A stretch of DNA of 64,000 nt from Selaginella moellendorffii. Taxonomy: Eukaryota; Plantae; Lycopodiophyta. The notes beneath the pieces are model-generated. The model was not told the origin of the DNA. It saw only the letters and a program-made list of their open reading frames with translations, and did not search any database. How positions within the stretch are numbered: position 1 is the first letter of the stretch; the number at the start of each line of letters is the position of its first letter. The stretch is from positions 1,019,370-1,083,369 of the forward strand of contig NW_003314285.1 in NCBI RefSeq assembly GCF_000143415.4. The letters run 5' to 3'. Shown here one piece after another: positions 56,018 to 64,000 of the stretch. The position numbers and the translations under genes were made by a program.

Positions 56018-57507
56018 ATGATCAACGTAAGGCGGAGAGATCATCAGCAGCAGCACCATGTTTCTGGCGTAAGCTATCACTTAACGTTTCTATTGGAAGA
56101 TTGTATGTTGGATCCTTTTTATGCAGCGAGCGGTGCTCAATGCAGTAGCCCTCCAAGATCACTTCACGAGGTCCTTAAGCTTTGGCATGGCAAGTTTCCT
56201 CTCGATCATCTCTTTCTCTCTTTTTTATTCTCATTCTTTCGTTTGCACAGATTCGCTATCATCAAGGACTACAGCAGCAGCAACAGCAAATCTTGTCTCA
56301 TCTAAGTCTTGGTTTGTAGAAACTCTTTGTTTTCTCGCATGATTTTCACGAGCTTTCCTTGCTTTGCTTTTCTTTTCTTTTTTGTGTATAGCGCAACAAT
56401 GTGGACTTGTTAACAAGCCCAGAGGGGAGTTGACGGAAGAAGAGTGGCGAATCGCTCGCGAGCAGTCGATGGCGAGGAGGGACGCACTGCATGGCTGTCC
56501 AATTTGTCACGAAATTTTTATTCGTGGAGACCAGGTAAATAAGTGGTCTCTTGCAAAATGGCCACAATCTTAGTTTTTTTTTTTTTTTTTTCTTTCTGTC
56601 TTTGCAGCTTTTACTCAGCTGCTCTCATGTCTTTCACAAGGTTTGGAGCTCTTCACGGATGGTCTTTTAGTGCCACGGAAATCACATCAGGGTGCCAATA
56701 TTTGCAGCAATGCTTGAAACGTTTTGAGAAGTTCTCAAGGCAACGCTGCTGCCCGGTGTGCCGGACCGAGCACTATCAAACCATGGCCGTGAGGATACCA
56801 TCGACTTTGTACAAGAACTTCTTTGCAACAAGGCATGGAAATTCCAAGCTTTTATCATCAAAGCGAAGTGTTTTTCTTTCCATTGCTTTCGTGAAGGATA
56901 CAGACGGCGTACAGGGCTTACAAGTGTCGGAGAGATTACGCTGAGTACAAATGGAGACATCCACCTGAAGATCCAGGCAAACGAAAGGAATGGTTTGCAA
57001 AAAAGGTTGGTTCTTTTCTTTTTGCATATTTCTCTTCTCTCTAAACCTGTGTGAGCATCAGCTTGAATCGGCTTCAAACCGACTGCTGGATCAAATGGCT
57101 GTAGACGAAGACAATGTGAAGCTCCTCTTGGCCAGCATCGACAATACTCTGGCCAGCAGTAAGCAGATTTACGATGTTCTTGGCAGCAGAGATCAAACGA
57201 AGGAGGTGGACAATTTAAATCTTAATGAAGAAAGCGATCTTAATTGGCACCAGGTGATCGAAAAGGTACGTTCTTTCTTGCATCTATCTCAAGCTTATCA
57301 TTATTTTTCCAGGCTATTGAGAGATATGACATTGATTGTTCCATTTGCATAATGCCGCTGCAAAAGGATGGAGGATCCAACCTTAGCCTGCTCAGCTGCA
57401 GCCACTTATTCCATAGCCATTGCATCTCGGAGTTTGAGGCGTTCCATGCATCGGCAGAGCTCTTATGCCCGATTTGTAGAACCATGTACAAGAGGTTCGA
57501 CTTGTAG
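56018..57507 (+). CDS. RNF32: RING finger protein 32-like (RING-IQ-RING), multi-exon
   Basis: AVALQDH, LSLAQQCGL, CPIC...LLSCSHVFH..C...CPVCR, IQ motif RIQTAYRAYKCR, second RING CSIC...SCSHLFHSHC...CPICR. Confidence 0.85.
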
Positions 57508-57640
57508 CATTGCTGTAGGATTCGATACTCAGAAAGAAAACACTTCTTTGACATTTAAGAATGAGAAATCACATGACTTAACAGGAACTTCAAACTTGGC
57601 TGATAACCAAATTTAATTCAGGATTGGTTGACAACCAGAT

Positions 57641-58135
57641 TTAACTCTGGCTTGGAACGTGAAAAGGTGGTCCTGGGATGTGAAATGGTGGAAAACTGGA
57701 AGGAGGGAAATGGAAACCAGGGTGAAATGGTGGAAGATGGCCACCAGGTGGTCCTGGAATGAAAGGGGGAAAATTGATTGGTGGGAACTGGCCACCAGGA
57801 GCAGAAGGTGGTCTTGGAATAGAAGGGGGAAAATGAAATGGGGGGAAATGACCAGAAGGGGGAATCTGAAATGGTGGTGAAGTAGCAAAAGGTGAAGGTG
57901 GCCTGGGAATAAAAGGAGGAGCTTGATGGAATGGTGGAATGTGGCTTGAGGGTGGCCAAGCATATCCTGGAAGGTGAGGAGATGCAGCATGAGGAACCTG
58001 AGTTTGTAAGCTTTTTCCTGCTGAATCAAGTAGAAGAGCATGCTCCTTCAGCAACGTTCGTCTGCCGCTCACTTGCAATGCATTGAGAAAGATAAACACT
58101 TCAAAGATAAGCATTGAAATGATTTGAAAAGCCAT
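57641..58135 (-). CDS. Secreted Pro/Phe/His-rich repeat protein (cell-wall PRP-like)
   Basis: Signal peptide, GRRTLL processing-like motif, repeated PPFH(F/I)PP(F/S)IP(R/G)PP units. Confidence 0.75.
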   Translation of the reverse strand: MAFQIISMLIFEVFIFLNALQVSGRRTLLKEHALLLDSAGKSLQTQVPHAASPHLPGYAWPPSSHIPPFHQAPPFIPRPPSPFATSPPFQIPPSGHFPPFHFPPSIPRPPSAPGGQFPPINFPPFIPGPPGGHLPPFHPGFHFPPSSFPPFHIPGPPFHVPSQS

Positions 58136-59529
58136 CACAACTCAAATGCTTTCATTTAATCACTGAATTTATATTGGAGTCCAATGACCTTAGACCACTA
58201 ACTTATTTTGGCTATTTGGTTGTTCCAAATGTTAAGTTCTTTTCTTTTTACTCTTTATTGATCCTGTTTTACTGCTGGTGGGTGTTAGTGGCAGCATGGA
58301 TCCATTGGGCTTCACTGGATTGACACCACATGATTAGTCTATATTTATAGAGACAACTCTGATGCCAATACAAATCTCTCCAAACATCGGGGAAGTGATA
58401 AATACACAAATGGACAACACTAGGATAACAATGGATGCTGAAGTTGTGGAAGAAATTCCACAATTTAGGTTATAGAGTTCTACAAATGTTGCAAAACCAT
58501 TAATTGAAGATATAACCAATGAGGCGAGTTTAGGCCAAGAAAATTAAGGTCAAGAAACTGAATAGGATAAAGAGGACAAGGCTACAAAAGAAAATCTAAG
58601 TGAACCAAAGGAGTATGGGCTATATATTTGACAGCAACACACCATTGGTCAATCAGTTTAGTGAGATGAGGTAACCATAGCAGTAGTAAACACCATAGCA
58701 GCACTACAAGATCAAGGCTAGTCACGCCTTCGCTCACAAAACCACAAGTTAGTCAAGTGAGCTAGCAATTTGAAGTTTTATGGAGGAACTTGCTCAACAC
58801 ATCAAGGGAGTAAGCAAGTAGCCAATTGACAAGCTGATGCAGCCAATAAAAGATGAAGAAACAACAAAATACTGTGTGCAGGTCTTAAGGTACCTCAAGA
58901 CAATCACCAAGAAAGTAGATGGTGTCATGGGCAAGCAGAATCATCAATGCCACATAATTCAATAACTCAAGAGTGTAATTCTAACTTCCACATCCACCGA
59001 TGCAGAGCACATCAACCACCAAGACTAGCATATCACAATGCTCGACTAGAAAAATCAAATCAATCTGTATCCATCATCATTTGTAATGCATTCACTTGAA
59101 TCTATAAAAATCACCTTTCTATCAGACTTTGCCGCTATCTTCTAGGTGGGCTTAACAAACTTAAAATTGGAGCATTTCTCCAGTCCATCACATCCCTGTA
59201 AAACTTTTGTTACCACTGCATTAAATAGTGAAGTGAGAACCATATGTGAAGTTCCATGGCAGTGAAGCTGTAGAGTAGCAGAAAAGTTACAAAGAGTATA
59301 AACATTTTTCCTAGGCCACAACAAAGAAACTTAGGAATGATCAGGTAAGTCACAAGGTTATAAGCATTACCATCTAGGCAAATTTGCAATAGTTTGATAC
59401 ATGTTATAAAATTAATTGTCATAAGAAATAGTAACTCTTAATAGTTATTTCAATGGAGAAGCATATATTGAAGAGCCAATTTACATTACTTTAAGAGTGA
59501 AACAAAAATCTGGAACTCCAAATAATGGC

Positions 59530-59850
59530 TGAAGAAAATTAATTCTGGCCTGGAATATGAAAAGGTGGTAGACAAAAGAATGGTGGAATATAGCTAGGTC
59601 CTGGGATGTGAAATGGAGCACCATAACATAAAAGGAGCGAGAAATGGTGGGAACTGCCATGAGGTGGTAATAGAATAACAGAGGGAAAATGGAATAGTAG
59701 AAAATGGCTACCAGGAATGTGAAATGGTACAAATGAGAGATTGGGTAGAATGGTGGAATATGGTTTGAATATGGCATGGGAAAAAATAGCGGAATGGTGG
59801 AATGTGGCTTGAGAGAGGTCAATTATATCTTGTAGTGTGAGGAAATAGTG
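59530..59850 (-). pseudogene. Degenerate paralog of the Pro-rich gene at 57641
   Basis: Shares aatggtggaatgtggcttgag, ggtcctgggatgtgaaatgg and gaaaaggtgg blocks with 57650-57960; A/T-shifted with stops. Confidence 0.65.
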
Positions 59851-60591
59851 TGTAACTTGAGCTTCCTATACACCTTGATGATGGTCTATCAACTTTTTTC
59901 TTAAATTTAATGCTTTTATTCTTTCGTGGGTATAGAGTCAATATTACTTGATATGAATCTCACTTTTTCTTTCTCTTTACCACAATTTTAATTATCATAG
60001 ATGGTTTGGAAAAGGAAAAACCATTACAAAGGCTAAGAAAAATCGGAAAGATGTTATGAAATGTCTTTATTTTAAATCCACTTCTGCTCTCATTTCCACC
60101 CATGAACCCAAAAATATGTAATAATAAGTAACTTTTATTCCCAATTGCACTCAACTCTTAGGGACATTTATAATTGAATTAGAAGTAACACTTATATGAT
60201 ATATTGATAGTTATTTTAATTTACAAAGATGCTTTATTCTAAATTTGAGATGGACATCCCATAACTTTTTCTCTATATTTAAATTTATATACTTGGAGTG
60301 AAGATCATTAAAATTTATGGCCAAGCCATTGAATTGCTAGATTTTTCTTAGATACTTCAAGATCTCCATTTAAACAATTTTCTGAATTAAGATTAATTAA
60401 GAACCACCTTTTATTTTTCCAAAATTTTAATTTTACCCTAGACAAGCCTCCCTAGCTAAATCCCTTAGGCCATAAAATATTTTTGAAATATTCTAATAGT
60501 TCATGTCATTGGGCCCAAATAATTCTATCATAAACTAGTTCTGAGACCTCTAAACCCTCACTAAATTGCCTTTTTTTTTTCTAGTTATTTA

Positions 60592-63500
60592 TGTAGTGCA
60601 CTTGAATTTGGAACTGAACTCCAAGCTTGTTGTGCTACGAAACAAGGGTCTACCCAAGTACTAACGAATGAGAGAAATGAAAGTTTGATTTATAGAAATA
60701 TATTTCTTTATTGATTTGCAAGATTTATTACAAAATTTACAAAAGCTATTCTTTCTTACGATTCTCATACTACATGACAAGCTCATGAGCATATGTAAAA
60801 TTCTTAAGAGGCTCCCAAGTTAATTCACAAGTTGGGTAACTTTTCCACTTAATTAGATACTCTTGATGTTTGGCATGTTTAAGCCAGCGTATACCCAAAA
60901 TAGCTTCCACTTCATATTCAAGTTCACTATCTACAACTTTTGGTGGTGGATGAATCTCCCCTTGATATGCAACATCTATAGTGTAAAGAGCCAATAAATT
61001 GGTATAAAATACCATTTCCACAGGCCGATAAAATATATCACCAATTTGTTTTAAAACCTAATAGGGTCCAACATATCTTGGTAATAGCTTCCAAAATAAA
61101 GATCCCTTTACATTCAAGTTTCGAGAAGATAGCCACACTTGATCTCCCACTTAATAGAATACATCTTGATGATGTTGATCCTTATTATGTCAATACCTAT
61201 TTTGAGCTTTGCTTATCGCCTCAGTATCTTTAGACTAACTTTGGCATAGTTGCTTCATATAAGTCTCAACAATTGGGATTAACACTTTGGATATTGGTTT
61301 TGGTACAACAATTTGTTGAGGAACCCCATGAGCATTCCTTTGCAGCATCTCCCATAGAAAATAGCTAATAGCATTGTGAAATGTGTTGTTATAACAAATT
61401 TCTACTTTATCCAAATGAATCACGTTGGTCCACCACAACATAGTACCACAAATAATCCTCAACTTGAGCATTCACATATTCAGTCTGCCCATCAATTTGA
61501 GGATGATAAGTTGTACTAAACTTCAACTTGGTACTGAAAAACTAGAACAATGTGCCCCAAAACTTCCTTGTAAATCTCAAATCTCTATCTGAGATCATCT
61601 CTTCGAAAAGACCATGAACTCACATTACTTCATGGAAAAAGAGCTTTGCTGCTTGCTTTGCATTTACTATTTTCACAGTTGAAATGAAGTGTGCAATCTT
61701 CAACAACTGATCCACAACCACCATCAAAGTATCATAATCCTTAGACTTTAGCAAGCAAGTGACAAAATCAAGTATCACACTCTGAAATGGCCATACCAGT
61801 GCTAGAATGCACTATAATTTCCCAGCTTGCTTCTCAGTTCTACGCTTACATTGTTGGCATACCGGGTAGGAACAGATATACTCCACTACATCACCTTCCA
61901 TACCAAATCAGAAAAATCCTTTTTTCAATGAAGAGTCTTTCATTTTCTACCGTGTCCTGCTGCCGAAACATTATAATGTTCCCGCAGAAACAACTACTAC
62001 AGTTCCTAAGATACAATCTTTCTTGCTTATAGAATATAAGCCTATCCCAAACTGAGAAGTGAAGTTTCATATTGGTTTGACTAGCAATATTTGCCACTTC
62101 ACTATTAGGGTTCTGCTTTGACAACTCCATACAGTGCAAGATTGTCTTAGCCAATGGATCACTACTATACGAAGCCCAAATGTCTTCCAACTAGTCTGAA
62201 CTAATTGCTGACTTTGCTCAAAATTGAGTTTGACAACTTAACGCATCCGAAACAATATTGTCTTTACCAAGTTTATAGATAATTTCAATATCAAATTTAG
62301 CGAGCTTCTCTTGCCAACGAGCTTGCTTCGGCATCGTAAGCTTAGGCTGCATAGCAAGTAGCTCAGTGTGTTACTATCCATATAAACCTTGGTATATCTA
62401 CCCAAATAATATTTCCAGTGTTCTAATGCCAACACTATAGCAAACATCTTTTTTTCGTGTGTTGGCCATCTTCATTGGGTTTCATCCAATTTCTTGGAGT
62501 AGAACGCAATGGGATAACTATGTCACCTTAGCATCACAATTTTGCTGCAACACGGCATCAATAGCATAGCTAGATGCATCACAATGCACTTTGAAAGGTT
62601 TATCAAGATCTGGGATCTTGAGAACATGAACTGTAGTCAAGATTTCTTTCAACCGTACAAAAGCACATTGACAAGCCGGTGTCTAGTGAAATGGTATACT
62701 ACTCTTCATTAACTCAATCAACAAAAGAGCAATTCTAGCAAAATTGCAAACAAACTTGTGATAATATCTTGCCAAACTGATAAAGGAATGAATATTTGAT
62801 ACAATGGTCGGGACTTCCTAAGACTTTACCACTTCTACCTTCTTCGAATCCACCTTAATTATGACTATATGTCCAAGAAAGTTCACGCAAAAGCATATTT
62901 ACTTTCATTAGCATACAATTTATGTTCATGCAACTTCTGAAACACTAGCTCTAAGTGTTTTAAATAATCCTCCAACGTTTCACTAAAGACTAGAACATCA
63001 TTGATATATAAAATAACAAATATGTCCAAATAATCTCTAAATATTCTTCTATCATAGTACTGAACAAGCATCCCAATCCTTTATGGAGCGCTTTTGCAAT
63101 TGAAAGGACACATCAGGACGTCCTTTTGACCTCAACATAATGTGACTTTGTCCAACATCATAAATCCCTTTAATATATTTGTTGAAGAAATCCATACCAA
63201 ACACCATCTAAAAATTTGGTATTTTCAACATTACCAAGTCCACTCTTTCTTTCCACTTGGATATTTTTAATGAAACATCACTCACAACTTTTTCGGCTAC
63301 TTACCCACCTTCCACAAACTGGAAGTGTATGGGTGATATCTGCTCAGCTTTCAATTCTTACAACTTAACTAAGTCTTCGGATATGATGCTGTGTGTAGCT
63401 CTCGTGTCAGTCATCACTCAAATTCAGTGTCCATGAACAAAGCCTACCAAATACATCAACGGATTAGTGTTTGCATTGATTGCAAAAAAAACTTGAGGAA

Positions 63501-63849
63501 AGTAATGAAAGTAACTCACCTTCTCTTCCTCATAGTCTACATTGACCAACTCGTTAACCCCTTCAACTTCACCACCACCGTCTTCCCTCATGACATTAAC
63601 ACAAGATCTTGTCTTATGCTTGTTGGAACATTCCGAGGACCTATATTCTGTCTCTCCATAATGGAAGTAATGCCCACACTACTTGTTTTACTAGGAGCAG
63701 ATTTTGTAGGTTGCTGCTGCTTATAACCACCAAAAGGAGGAATAGAGGGCCTAGGACCAAAAAAAGCTATTGGTGGTTGCTAATCACCACTTTTGTTAAC
63801 TATTGCTTGTGAGCCTCCAAGGCGGAACCTTCCTTCCACCCTTTGTTTC
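60592..63849 (-). mobile_element. Heavily decayed, internally deleted D-family chromovirus copy J
   Basis: LTR U5 tip at 60592-~60650 joined directly to the 3' UTR start. Chromodomain, IN, RH, RT, PR and knuckle fragments are homologous to D with many stops. Confidence 0.88.
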
Positions 63850-64000
63850 TGTAGCGCACGTGGTTTTTACCCTTTATCCTATGGTGATTTACCATAGGAT
63901 AACACCACGAAGCGGAACCTAAACCCTCTTTGTGCCACGTGATAGATGCCACATGTCACATGCCACGTGTCCAAAGGATAGTGGTGTGGAACCTGAGTTT
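63850..64000 (-). mobile_element. U5 end of an F-type LTR inserted into gag of J (runs off window)
   Basis: Reverse complement of 35905-36019 (tgtagcgcacgtgg...tatcctatggtgatttaccataggata...). Confidence 0.85.

Overview
Plant nuclear DNA, most likely a compact-genome non-seed plant such as the lycophyte Selaginella. This is inference from ~50-70 nt introns, very short intergenic spacers, an RNF32-like gene and fungal-type chromoviruses. Two gene-dense blocks alternate with three nests of Ty3/gypsy elements. Genes at ~21.3-30.1 kb: B-lectin-domain gene, MMS21/NSE2, MSP1/ATAD1-like ATPase, two unknown proteins and a lectin pseudogene. Genes at ~48.9-59.9 kb: Erv26/TEX261-like, RLK pseudokinase, VTC4/IMP, ATI-like, GT64 EPC1-like, RNF32-like and a Pro-rich secreted protein. 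Nest 1 (1-20353): old chromovirus C contains an intact young same-family copy D and, in its 3' LTR, element B, which itself contains a self-priming, -1-frameshifting chromovirus A. Nest 2 (~33.1-48.6 kb): decayed gypsy E contains element H and a 5S-rRNA-bearing Cassandra TRIM (G). G's LTR holds a composite of a large non-autonomous D-relative (F) fused to a second TRIM (K) under one TSD. Nest 3 (60592-64000): a decayed D-family copy J hit by an F-type LTR. The most striking signal is a long RNA structure (~0.5 kb, possibly ~1 kb) with compensatory base changes at the 3' end of the D-family transcript. It is conserved in non-autonomous F although F's gag-pol has eroded beyond coding, which suggests a helper/LARD/TRIM system built around a cis-acting structured RNA.
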